Shown: piece by piece, positions 1-8,882 of the stretch
Layout: every line of letters begins with the position of its first letter
Position numbering within the stretch: position 1 is the first letter of the stretch
Virus record (IMG/VR): IMGVR_UViG_3300023212_000371
Coordinates: 121,051 to 185,050 of that record
Reading direction: 5' to 3' (one strand)
Origin: a virus
DNA: 64,000 nt
Program-made: the position numbers and the translations under genes
Notes under the pieces: model-generated
Told to the model about the DNA's origin: nothing
Databases searched by the model: none
What the model saw: only the letters and a program-made list of their open reading frames with translations

Positions 1-11
1 CAGCCAATAAA

Positions 12-317
12 ATGCTCAAGAAGACAACCAAGCCAGTCAAAAAGACGGTAGCAAAGAAAGCTCCCGTCAAAAAGACAAGTAAAAAGGCAGTTGCAGCATC
101 AACAGTGAAGCCAGTTGCCCCTAAAGCGTCTGCTAAGCCCGCTGTGAAACGCACCTCCAAAAAAGAAGTTATTACGGCCAAACCCGTTAAGGATAATAGT
201 GGGATGGTGATTATGCGAGGCGTTGATGAACAAGAACAAATGGATACCGATGACGGTATTGATTTGACCGCTTCATTGGACGATGGCATGGTCATTTTGA
301 CTACCGACGAAGAATAA
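12..317 (+). CDS. Lys/Ala/Pro-rich basic protein with acidic tail (histone H1-like composition)
   Basis: Low-complexity KK-T/A-P-V N-terminus and D/E-rich C-terminus; composition only. Confidence 0.5.
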   Translation: MLKKTTKPVKKTVAKKAPVKKTSKKAVAASTVKPVAPKASAKPAVKRTSKKEVITAKPVKDNSGMVIMRGVDEQEQMDTDDGIDLTASLDDGMVILTTDEE

Positions 318-408
318 TCATGGGCATTTCTTATCTTACTTTTGCTGCAATTCTGATTTTTGGATTAACTTTCCTCTCGATAATCCTTTGGATTAAATCT
401 AAAGAATA

Positions 409-1029
409 ATGCAAGTCCTCAGACTTATCCAACAAAATGGACTATCTTTACCTTTTCGTTTAGGGAAGGAGTTAGGACATGGATTAGATGGACAAGTATT
501 TAAGATTGCCGATACCTTGAAACCTGCTAAGGTAGTCAAGTTATGTGCTATTTTCGAAAGTGAAGAAACTGATCTTAATATTGACTATCAACAAGTTAGT
601 CAAGTGTTGGATTGCCTTCTGCAAAAAAATCCGCTTGCTTTTGTTCGAATATTTTCTCACGCTAAACTTGGAGAATATTATCGAACCATTTATGGTAATC
701 AACAGCAAAAGTATCTTCTTCATTATTATGTGATGGAACGTCTCCAAGCTATTTCCGAAGACGAAAAGAAGGTTTTTCATACTATTCTATCTCATGAAGA
801 TCGGGGCATTGAAAAAACCTTCACTATTACAGAATTAGAAAGAACTTTGGAAGGATTGCATTCGGGGCTTGATTTCTCGATGGACAAGATGAGGAGGTTT
901 CGGTTAAACCTACATGCCGCTCCTATTATTCACAATGATCTTCACCCTCGGAATATTTTGAAGAATATAGAAGGAAACTATAAATGTATCGATATAGATT
1001 GGTGCGAATTAAAGTTTCAACCCACGTGA
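409..1029 (+). CDS. Protein kinase-like (ePK/APH fold) protein
   Basis: Gly-rich loop LGHGLDGQVF, VVK lysine, YYVMERL hinge, catalytic HNDLHPRNIL, DID in DFG position. Confidence 0.7.
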   Translation: MQVLRLIQQNGLSLPFRLGKELGHGLDGQVFKIADTLKPAKVVKLCAIFESEETDLNIDYQQVSQVLDCLLQKNPLAFVRIFSHAKLGEYYRTIYGNQQQKYLLHYYVMERLQAISEDEKKVFHTILSHEDRGIEKTFTITELERTLEGLHSGLDFSMDKMRRFRLNLHAAPIIHNDLHPRNILKNIEGNYKCIDIDWCELKFQPT

Positions 1030-1037
1030 TATAGTAG

Positions 1038-1083
1038 GTCAATAACCCATGATTAAAATCATGGGCTTGTGCGAAAGGAATCA
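1038..1083 (+). mobile_element. 46-bp solo IS200/IS605-type end hairpin
   Basis: GTCAATAACCCATGATTAAAATCATGGGCTTGTGCGAA nearly identical to the IsrB element end at 46203; followed by ATGA at 1084. Confidence 0.7.
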
Positions 1084-1374
1084 ATGACCAAAGATAAAAA
1101 TAAAGTAGATTTGACACTGTTGAAAAAGTTAGTGATTGAATTGGAGGCTTCTCTTACCACTGCGGAAGGAGTTGTTGAAACGGATCATAATGGATATTTC
1201 GTGGAAATGTCTAAAGGAGCCGGATTAGCCGCAGGAGTCATGCAAGAAGCGTCTATGTTAATTATGGATATTTACGGAGTGGTTCAATCTAAGCAGGGCG
1301 GTGTCTCTGTCAAAGAAAGTTTTTTTGGTGATTTGCTTGGAAAGTTTAAAGGCGGAATTGGAGGTTCTAATTGA
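1084..1374 (+). CDS. Hypothetical protein
   Basis: ORF; AAAGGA RBS-like motif upstream of ATG 1084 favours this start over 1069. Confidence 0.6.
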   Translation: MTKDKNKVDLTLLKKLVIELEASLTTAEGVVETDHNGYFVEMSKGAGLAAGVMQEASMLIMDIYGVVQSKQGGVSVKESFFGDLLGKFKGGIGGSN

Positions 1375-1607
1375 TGTTACCATCTGTTAAGCATTTGTTT
1401 TTGGTGATTCCTTTAATGGCTCTATTAACCTTTACTAACACGTTCATTGGGTTTGTGTGTGGTAGTTTTGTGGATATGCAATTGGAATACAGGGGCGTCA
1501 ATAAGTTTGTCGCTTTGTTTTGTAGCGTTCTGACTGTTTGTGGAGTGTATGTTTTTATGATAGGCAATCATCGAATTCGGAATTTGATTGGTTCGTTAGA
1601 CCGTTAG
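1371..1607 (+). CDS. Small membrane protein
   Basis: Two hydrophobic stretches; overlaps upstream stop. Confidence 0.5.
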   Translation: MMLPSVKHLFLVIPLMALLTFTNTFIGFVCGSFVDMQLEYRGVNKFVALFCSVLTVCGVYVFMIGNHRIRNLIGSLDR

Positions 1608-1624
1608 CTATTGGGGCAGTTAAA

Positions 1625-2197
1625 ATGAGAAAATTATTAGCACTGGCATGCTTGTTAATGGCATGTGCTGCGGACAATAAAAAGGTAATTGTTATTCCGC
1701 CGCCCACGGTAACTGAATCGCCAACTCCTCCGTCTATGACCGTAATTGAACGGGGCGAAGATTGGTCGATTGAAGTTCTTAATGGTTGGGAGAAGGTTGG
1801 GATCACTACTATTCCAACGAATTCTGCTGGAATGCAATTTGTCAATAAGGAGCAAAAAATTGGCTTAGCTGTAGTTAGAGAAGTTTTGCCTACTCATATC
1901 TCAAATGAGGAATTAGCGTTTGGATTTGAATTGTATTTGAAATCAAAGGACATTGGCATCGATGATCTTCGTAATGTTAAACTGAATGACAGATCTTTTA
2001 TTTTGATAGAATTTCATGCTATTCCCCATCAGTTTGGAGAAACAATACAAGTTCAAGCATGGATGTCGGCTGAAGATAAAGTAACTTATACTATGATATG
2101 TGGGTCTGTCATCACTAATCAACAGACACCTGAGCTTTGCAATCAGATGGTTTCCACCTTTAAAGTGGATAACAAAGATGGCATTGTTCAGCCCTGA
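1625..2197 (+). CDS. Putative lipoprotein
   Basis: MRKLLALACLLMAC lipobox-like signal at ATG 1625, Pro-rich linker. Confidence 0.55.
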   Translation: MRKLLALACLLMACAADNKKVIVIPPPTVTESPTPPSMTVIERGEDWSIEVLNGWEKVGITTIPTNSAGMQFVNKEQKIGLAVVREVLPTHISNEELAFGFELYLKSKDIGIDDLRNVKLNDRSFILIEFHAIPHQFGETIQVQAWMSAEDKVTYTMICGSVITNQQTPELCNQMVSTFKVDNKDGIVQP

Positions 2198-2208
2198 TAT
2201 TTAGAATA

Positions 2209-3039
2209 ATGGATAAAGTTCTTCTAATCGATGGACTAAATATGGTTCATCGGACTTCTCATGTTAAGTTGGACATGGATAAGACTTCGGAAGATGCCGA
2301 CAAAATTGACTATACGCCTATCTATACTTTTTTTCGTAGCCTTCGTTCCTTGATTGAATTATTTTCTCCTGACAAATGTTTTTTTGTTCTCGAAGGACAT
2401 GCCAAGTTTCGCTACGATCTTTTTGCGGATTATAAAGCTAATCGACTGATCAAACTCGGTTCCAAAACCAAAGAAGAAGTTTATGCGTATGCCGATGAGA
2501 TAGTTCGGCTCCTTCTCATGCTTCCAATTACAGTGTGTCGGGCAAGCAACTATGAAGCAGACGATGTAATCGGCAGTTTATCTGAAAATATGAAGAATGA
2601 GGAACTAACAATAGTTTCGACTGATAGTGATTATATTCAATTGCTTCAACGTGGATATCCTAAGATTAGCATCTATAATCCGATCCGAAAGGAATTCATG
2701 GAAGCACCTCCCCAAAATTATATCGCTCTCAAAAGCCTTCGAGGTGATAAATCAGACAATATACCTCGATTAGTTTCAGATAGAAAAGCCGAGTCATTTT
2801 GTGAAAATCCTGCTCTATTTAAAAAATGGATGTCAATTGAAGAGAACAGGGCAACGCTTGCTATTAATAAGCAATTGATAGAATTTGCTTCCGTTCCAAT
2901 GGAAGAAATAGAATTCAAGGAAGGGCAACGGGATTTTAAAATCCTTAAAGAAGAATTTAAAAAAATGGAATTTGAGAGCATCACTAATAACAAGTCGTGG
3001 GATAAATTTGAAATCACTTTTAATTGCCTAAGGTATTGA
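2209..3039 (+). CDS. 5'-3' exonuclease / flap endonuclease (PolA N-terminal or T4 RNase H-like)
   Basis: LLIDG, YKANR, EADD, DSD, GDKSDNIP motifs. Confidence 0.85.
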   Translation: MDKVLLIDGLNMVHRTSHVKLDMDKTSEDADKIDYTPIYTFFRSLRSLIELFSPDKCFFVLEGHAKFRYDLFADYKANRLIKLGSKTKEEVYAYADEIVRLLLMLPITVCRASNYEADDVIGSLSENMKNEELTIVSTDSDYIQLLQRGYPKISIYNPIRKEFMEAPPQNYIALKSLRGDKSDNIPRLVSDRKAESFCENPALFKKWMSIEENRATLAINKQLIEFASVPMEEIEFKEGQRDFKILKEEFKKMEFESITNNKSWDKFEITFNCLRY

Positions 3040-3040
3040 T

Positions 3041-3424
3041 ATGTTGATCTTATCGCCTTCGCCAAATTCTATCCCCGTTCCATCCAATCAAAACTTGGAA
3101 TACTTCGCTTTGACGTATGGCAAACGCGGTGTCATTATGTGTGTTCGAGATCGATCTAAGGCTCTGATGGAAGTCAAACAATTGCAACGGTGGAGCACAG
3201 AGTATAGCCCAATATCTGCTCATTGGGAAGGCTGGGGAAATGTCATCATTCCTGAAGCGGAAAGAATCCAATACTTAAGAGCTATTGAACGGGATGCCCA
3301 AGTCCATCGTGCTTATATTGATGGCGGCAACTATAATATTCCCATTGGATTAAAACGATGGGTAGAAACTTATGAGCCCGAATATCAGGAATTGGGAAAG
3401 TTGAAAGTTTTCGATTATTATTGA
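3041..3424 (+). CDS. Hypothetical protein
   Basis: ORF in operon-like run. Confidence 0.55.
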   Translation: MLILSPSPNSIPVPSNQNLEYFALTYGKRGVIMCVRDRSKALMEVKQLQRWSTEYSPISAHWEGWGNVIIPEAERIQYLRAIERDAQVHRAYIDGGNYNIPIGLKRWVETYEPEYQELGKLKVFDYY

Positions 3425-3439
3425 AAGGGAAAGTAAATC

Positions 3440-3826
3440 ATGTCTAAGGAAATCATTATGTGCTGTTTATCTTGCGAGCGAAATCAAAAAACGGGCAAGT
3501 TTTGTCAGGATTGTGGAGGTGCGCTTACCAAGAGAACGCCGCCACTGTTAGAGGAAGCATTTGCTAAGTTGGTCAAAGAAATTACTCCCAAAATCAAAGC
3601 GGAACTCGATCAAGCTAATGATCACCTTTGCAATGCTATGCATATTGCTAATCAAGAGGGCGTGCCATTTTATGATCGAGCAGACGATACAGTTTTTATT
3701 CCTGAAAGTTTCTACCTCAAACATAATGTGAGTGGAAAGATTGTGGAAAAACTTATACCTCAAATATTCGAATATGACATTGAGGGCAAGTTTGAAGGCT
3801 GGATTAGTTCAAGCGATAGGTGTTAA
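3440..3826 (+). CDS. Hypothetical protein with N-terminal Zn ribbon
   Basis: CLSC...CQDCG; RBS AAAGGGA upstream. Confidence 0.6.
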   Translation: MSKEIIMCCLSCERNQKTGKFCQDCGGALTKRTPPLLEEAFAKLVKEITPKIKAELDQANDHLCNAMHIANQEGVPFYDRADDTVFIPESFYLKHNVSGKIVEKLIPQIFEYDIEGKFEGWISSSDRC

Positions 3827-3828
3827 AC

Positions 3829-4278
3829 ATGAAGAAAAATACAATAAAAAAATCAACCAAAAGGACCACAAAAAGAAAAGTTAAGAAAACCGAACCCTTC
3901 AAATATTTTTGGGGTTCCGACAAAGACATAATTGAATTTGATCCCTCCGAAATCAAAGAAGCGGGCGTGCTTCTTTCCACCAATAACTCCGGTGGAGATT
4001 GGTGGTTAGATTACAAAGATGAAGCAGGATTAAAATCAGAAGGATGGAAAGTTAATATAGTTGATCGACTCGGACGACATGCAGCTCATGCCTTTCTTCC
4101 CAATGCTGATATTCAAAAAGCATTAATATCTTTTCGAATAGCGACCAAATATACCGGTAAAGAATTAGGATGTGGTTGTTGCGGAGTGCCATTTTCTTTT
4201 ACGCAACATGATGATAAAGGGAAGTTGGTGGAAAGTTGGAGACCATCCTATCCAAGTGAAGGAGATGACTACATATGA
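3829..4278 (+). CDS. Hypothetical protein
   Basis: ORF with basic N-terminus and CGCCG motif. Confidence 0.55.
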   Translation: MKKNTIKKSTKRTTKRKVKKTEPFKYFWGSDKDIIEFDPSEIKEAGVLLSTNNSGGDWWLDYKDEAGLKSEGWKVNIVDRLGRHAAHAFLPNADIQKALISFRIATKYTGKELGCGCCGVPFSFTQHDDKGKLVESWRPSYPSEGDDYI

Positions 4279-4739
4279 AGAAACCAGTTAAACCATCCAC
4301 TCCACAACAACCTATTAAACCACAGGAGTATCATACGGTAGTTCATAATCTAGCTCCCTTTCATTATGGTAGAGCAACATATACCTTTGAAGAGCTATCC
4401 AGTAAACTTCCTTCCAACGTTGATCCCAAGTCTTTGAAGTTTGAATCAGTTTATGTTGATGGTAATGATTACTACGGTAGTGGCGATTATTATTTTACGA
4501 TCCACTATGTCTGTCAAGAAAAAAATACTCGCTATGTTAGCGATTGTAAAAAATATGATAAAGACCTCATTAAGTATGAGAAGAAAGTAGAACAGCATAA
4601 GAAAGATTTGCTTAAATATGAAGAAGAAATGGTAGCCTTTACTGCCTGGGAAAAGGAAGATAATGCAAAGAAAGAGCTCGAAGAATTAAAGAAGTTGGAG
4701 AAACGGATTGCTCAGCTGAAGAAAAAGGTAAAGTCTTGA
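4275..4739 (+). CDS. Hypothetical coiled-coil protein
   Basis: ATGA overlap with upstream gene; K/E-rich C-terminus. Confidence 0.55.
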   Translation: MKKPVKPSTPQQPIKPQEYHTVVHNLAPFHYGRATYTFEELSSKLPSNVDPKSLKFESVYVDGNDYYGSGDYYFTIHYVCQEKNTRYVSDCKKYDKDLIKYEKKVEQHKKDLLKYEEEMVAFTAWEKEDNAKKELEELKKLEKRIAQLKKKVKS

Positions 4740-5383
4740 AATATTTTCTGGATTGTGAGTTCAATGAACGTGGATATGAACATCGGATCGAACTGATCTC
4801 GATTGCCTTGGTGCGAGAGGATGGCGAGGAATACTATGCGGTAGCTAGAGATGGTTGGGATCCTTGCCATTGCGATGGTTGGTTAATGGCTAATGTTTTG
4901 CCGTATCTCTCCAAGGATGGCAGGGTGGATGATGTATCTGATTTGATTGTCCAAATGTATTATGGCATGAAAGTAGATCCTCGTATTCCTTGGGCAAGCA
5001 GAACCTGGATTCGAAATGGTATCCTTGATTTCATTGCTCCCGATGAACATCCTGAGTTCATTGGATTTTTTTCCGATTACGACTGGGTGCTCTTTTCCCA
5101 ACTCTTCGGGCGAATGGTAGATCTTCCTCCACACTTCCCCAAGTATTGTCTCGACATCAAGCAGATGATGGTTGCCAAAGGTCTCCAAAAGAGCGATTTA
5201 CCCAAGCAAGAAGAAACACAGCATAATGCTTTGGCAGACGCTCGGCATATGAGACGAATGTATCAAGCTATTGTAGAAAAGGCGTCAATTACCATCAGCA
5301 CAAAGGCTGATGGCTTGTCCCTAATTATTGCTAATCGAGACATTAACTCCCCTGATTTACCAGATCAGGATCATAGTCGTTAG
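4736..5383 (+). CDS. DEDDh 3'-5' exo(ribo)nuclease (Rv2179c-like); C-terminus extended by an inserted element
   Basis: YFLDCEF, SDYDW, HNALADA; residues encoded after 5283 come from the element (empty site reads GAA AAG GCA TGA). Confidence 0.8.
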   Translation: MKYFLDCEFNERGYEHRIELISIALVREDGEEYYAVARDGWDPCHCDGWLMANVLPYLSKDGRVDDVSDLIVQMYYGMKVDPRIPWASRTWIRNGILDFIAPDEHPEFIGFFSDYDWVLFSQLFGRMVDLPPHFPKYCLDIKQMMVAKGLQKSDLPKQEETQHNALADARHMRRMYQAIVEKASITISTKADGLSLIIANRDINSPDLPDQDHSR

Positions 5384-5703
5384 GCTGATTGACGACAGCC
5401 TAACCTGGGTAGCATATAGCATCCAAGAAGTGTTGAGGTTCTCTAAATAGCGATCATAACCGTCTCTCTTTCCAAATAAAGGAAAGTGCCTTTAATCTCG
5501 ATCATCTCAACTGGTCTAACCTATTGTTTTTTTATTCCTCAAAGGATTGATTGAGGAAACCTGTTAACATTAACTCTTTCTGCTATAACTTAGATAGCAA
5601 AATAATATATAACCTTTATTTTAAGGTTGTCAAGAGAAAAAAGAAAGAAAAATGGCCATTCCTCCCATAGCACAAGGCTATGGGTATCTTTGCCTAAGAG
5701 ATC
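5284..5703 (-). mobile_element. ORF-less IS200/IS605 element (TnpB-type guide-RNA cassette), 420 bp
   Basis: Both terminal hairpins match the TnpB element at 50913-52133; internal minus-strand GTCAATCAGCCTA (tnpB V-N-Q-P tail motif); removal restores a GC-ATGA stop/start overlap. Confidence 0.85.
5604..5633 (-). promoter_or_regulatory. Sigma70-like promoter inside the element, firing toward its guide end
   Basis: Minus strand TTGACA-16 nt-TATATA (or 18 nt-TATATT). Confidence 0.65.
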
Positions 5704-5967
5704 ATGAAAAAGTTTATCATCCATAGAGACTCCATTATTGAAGTGGAATGCACTCAACTCATGCCCGCTGACGATCCATCCGTGGCTTGGCTTCCCAAAG
5801 AGGAATATAAAGCTAGAATTGAAGCACCATCTACCTTGTTTGAAAAAGTTAATAACAAATTAGAAAAACCAAAATGGTATAGTTTTGCTTTTTACGATAC
5901 TTTAGAACAAGCTAAAGAGGCAGCAGCCAGCGATATTCGAGTAGTGTTGGAACGTAAACAAGATTAA
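5704..5967 (+). CDS. Hypothetical protein, possibly frameshifted near its 3' end
   Basis: ORF starts at the ATGA flanking the element; coding-like sequence continues in another frame (IKHGTNFVEEDIKKQI). Confidence 0.5.
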   Translation: MKKFIIHRDSIIEVECTQLMPADDPSVAWLPKEEYKARIEAPSTLFEKVNNKLEKPKWYSFAFYDTLEQAKEAAASDIRVVLERKQD

Positions 5968-6061
5968 ACATGGTACCAACTTCGTTGAAGAAGACATTAA
6001 AAAGCAAATAAAAATTATAATATTATGTTTATGAAAATTCAAGACATAGGAGATTAAACAA

Positions 6062-6678
6062 ATGACAACACGATTTCAAGTTGGAGATTACGTTTTGCGG
6101 ATGGAAGCAGATTTTTCAAGCGGCATATTAGTGCATGGCGGTATTTATCAAATTGCCGGCGTTATTAATGATCCTCGGACTATTAAGTTGATAGGGTTTG
6201 GGGGAGTTGGGATGTCCATAGGTTTAAATTGATTAAATCTCCCTACGCTCAATCTTGTCCTTGTGGCATCCATTGGAGTCAATTACCAATGACTAAAGTC
6301 CTTGGCTTGTCGCTCATCCTACCATAAGCAGGAGGTTATTTTTTAATGGCAACAATAGGCTGATTGACAGCAGCCCTTAATAAAGTTTGGCGTTTCTAAT
6401 AGCGACCCTTTAAAAAAACCGTTTGCTTATTCGATCATAAATGATCGAGTTAAGTGCCTTCTAGGTCTCGATTCGCTAAACATAGGATAATAGCTTTCTA
6501 ACTCATCTCTTACCTCTTTCTGTTACATTTGGGTAGCAAAAGATATATAACCACCATTCTTGGAAGTTTTTTAGAAAAAGAAAGAAAAAGCAATTCCTCC
6601 CATGATTAAAATCATGGGCTTCTTTGCTAAGAAGATCGTGAATGCCCTCAACATATTCAAGAAGTAAAAGCTTTCTAA
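6062..6678 (+). pseudogene. Small phage gene interrupted by the 6278-6637 element plus a 1-nt shift in a G-run near 6200
   Basis: Removing the element gives ...SCPCGIHW-S-ECPQHIQEVKAF* in one frame. Confidence 0.6.
6278..6637 (-). mobile_element. ORF-less IS200/IS605 element (TnpB-type guide-RNA cassette), 360 bp
   Basis: End hairpins at 6278 and about 6591; interior shares ordered blocks with the 5284 element; minus strand encodes A-A-V-N-Q-P-I-V-A tnpB-tail remnant; followed by GTGA. Confidence 0.85.
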
Positions 6679-7067
6679 ATAAAGAAATAACGTAGATCTT
6701 CTATTCGGCAATCGAACTTAGGAGCAAATTCTTTAGCATCCGCTAAAGTTGGAAATAAAATATCTCCAAAGTTATGGGCATGCATCATCCCCTTTCCTTT
6801 GATATGCATCAGCCAAAGGTAATGTCCTAGTTCATGAGCCGCAGTAGTTTGAAATACAATATCAGTTTTTAACCGATTTGGGATAAGGAATAATTCTCGG
6901 ACATTATTAGCTCGATATAAACATAGTCCCAGCACTTTGGTTTTGTAGTAGCCGTCCCATTTGACTACTTCAGGATGTTCAGGGTAGGCTCGAGTTATTA
7001 GTCCATCTTTTCCAAAAGTATTGCGATTAGTATTTGTTAAATCAAAGTAAATATCAATTTTAAACAT
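6675..7067 (-). CDS. Matrixin-like zinc metalloprotease domain protein
   Basis: AAHELGHYLWLMH (HExxHxxxxxH) followed by Met-turn-like GMM. Confidence 0.65.
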   Translation of the reverse strand: MFKIDIYFDLTNTNRNTFGKDGLITRAYPEHPEVVKWDGYYKTKVLGLCLYRANNVRELFLIPNRLKTDIVFQTTAAHELGHYLWLMHIKGKGMMHAHNFGDILFPTLADAKEFAPKFDCRIEDLRYFFI

Positions 7068-7085
7068 CCCATTAGTGAAATGTTC

Positions 7086-7280
7086 CTATATTCTGGCTGC
7101 TTGCCAAATTAGTTGTCGTTCCCCGAAAGTGAAATTGATGTCCGCATGAAGTGTTTCTAAGTAGGTATATGGTAGAGAATAATCAGGCTGATGGAATAAA
7201 AACTTAGGCGGGAGTAATCGAATGCCTGAACGATATAAGAAATAGTAGATGTTAGCTACGAGTTTCCGGAGCCATTTCAT
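7086..7280 (-). CDS. Hypothetical protein
   Basis: Short ORF co-oriented with neighbours. Confidence 0.4.
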   Translation of the reverse strand: MKWLRKLVANIYYFLYRSGIRLLPPKFLFHQPDYSLPYTYLETLHADINFTFGERQLIWQAARI

Positions 7281-7581
7281 TAAACTATACCAAATTAATC
7301 AATTGCGATGAATATATACATCATTGGAACGCCACAAACAGGACGTTCTACATTGGCAATTACGATCTGTGATTAAATAGTGGGCGCTCCTATAAAGAAA
7401 GTCCTGAAGAAACTTCAATCAGGAAGTTCATCGAACATTGCATCGACTAATTGATCGAATACTTTCTTGGAATAATCTTCTATGTCAGCCTCATTCTGAT
7501 CTTCTGCTGCTAACTTTTTGATTAAAGTATTTTGTTTGGTTTCCAAAATAAGTTGTTGAAGTTTTTGTTTTCTAGGTTTGT

Positions 7582-8862
7582 TCATTGTTCAAATTTCCTT
7601 TCAATAAGTTGGGCAATCAAAATTAATATTTCTGCAACGCCTCGCACCATCTTTGGAATAGATCTAACTTCTGTCCTTAACTCATTAAGTGGGGCTCGAA
7701 CCTCTATCGGTATTGCTGGTAACTCAAGCCAACCTGTTTCATCTAATTGTTTGAGTTTATCTCTTAAAGCATAGAGATTAATCAGTTCTGTGAAAAAACT
7801 TTTATAGTGATTTCGGATAGCCTGATCTTCTTTTTTGATAGCAGCTTCTAGCGCTGATTTATTGGAGTGGGAAGGGGACGCTCTCATTAACTGTTTGGCT
7901 GCATTGGTTGCATCTATTATCGGTTGTAATTCCGCGGGCGGATTTTTCTTGATTGATTTTTGTTTATCGCTTTTAAGGCTTGCTAATCGTTGAGTTAAAT
8001 GAATAATATAACTAGATAAAGTACTTTGAGCTTTCTCTTCTCTAAGTTTCTTGGCTCTTTCTATAACTACACTCATTCGTTTTTCTTCTCTGGCAGTCGG
8101 ATCTTCAGTGCCCCTTTCCTTTTCTGTTCTCCCATACCAACTCTTTTGACGACTTCGAGATTTAATACGATACTCTTCTCTACGAACTGGATCCTCCATA
8201 ATCATTCGATAATTGTGTCGAGATGTCTCGATTAGTCTTTGATATTCGGGACTGTTTTTGGCGAACTTTCGGAGCCATTTGATTTGGTCAAGATATTTGC
8301 TTCGAGCCCGGAGCAATTGTTCAATTTTATCTCCCGTGAAATGAAGTTTGGTATCTCCACGATCTATTGCGTCTTGATTAAGATCTTTGGCAATCTCTAA
8401 TTTTTTTAAAGCGCTAACGTCAATATCGCCCACAGCGGATTGAAAACGATCGTTAGCGTCTTCTACCATATTAGCCAAGAGTTCTCGGAATTTAACCGGA
8501 TCAAATTCTTCATCAAATCCTTGTTCGGGGGACACATTCAAATATTCATTACTCTGAATGCGCTCGTACCTGGTTTCCAAAGTATTGACGAGATCCCCCA
8601 AATTTTGCATACCTTCTTCGGAAAGGCTTTCGATACTAATTTTCAACGCTTCAACCAACTCTTTATAGCCTGATAAGAAAGTTTCAAATTGCTCAAAAAG
8701 TTCTTCATCCCGAATGTCGTATTGTTCGGCTTTTGCCAATAGTTCTTGTTGTGTGGCGGCAAAGCGAACAATCTGGTAATCCCAGTGAGCATCTGCACTA
8801 AAATTAGTAATAATTGTGCATAATTGTGCAATTTTGTCAAGTTCGTAAGTAATCGTTTGCAT
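7582..8862 (-). CDS. Large helical hypothetical protein, paralog of 10876-11463
   Basis: Long ORF; shares RQKSWYGR...STL segment with RQRKWYER...NTL of 10876-11463. Confidence 0.7.
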   Translation of the reverse strand: MQTITYELDKIAQLCTIITNFSADAHWDYQIVRFAATQQELLAKAEQYDIRDEELFEQFETFLSGYKELVEALKISIESLSEEGMQNLGDLVNTLETRYERIQSNEYLNVSPEQGFDEEFDPVKFRELLANMVEDANDRFQSAVGDIDVSALKKLEIAKDLNQDAIDRGDTKLHFTGDKIEQLLRARSKYLDQIKWLRKFAKNSPEYQRLIETSRHNYRMIMEDPVRREEYRIKSRSRQKSWYGRTEKERGTEDPTAREEKRMSVVIERAKKLREEKAQSTLSSYIIHLTQRLASLKSDKQKSIKKNPPAELQPIIDATNAAKQLMRASPSHSNKSALEAAIKKEDQAIRNHYKSFFTELINLYALRDKLKQLDETGWLELPAIPIEVRAPLNELRTEVRSIPKMVRGVAEILILIAQLIERKFEQ

Positions 8863-8882
8863 TACATGTTATATCTCAAATT

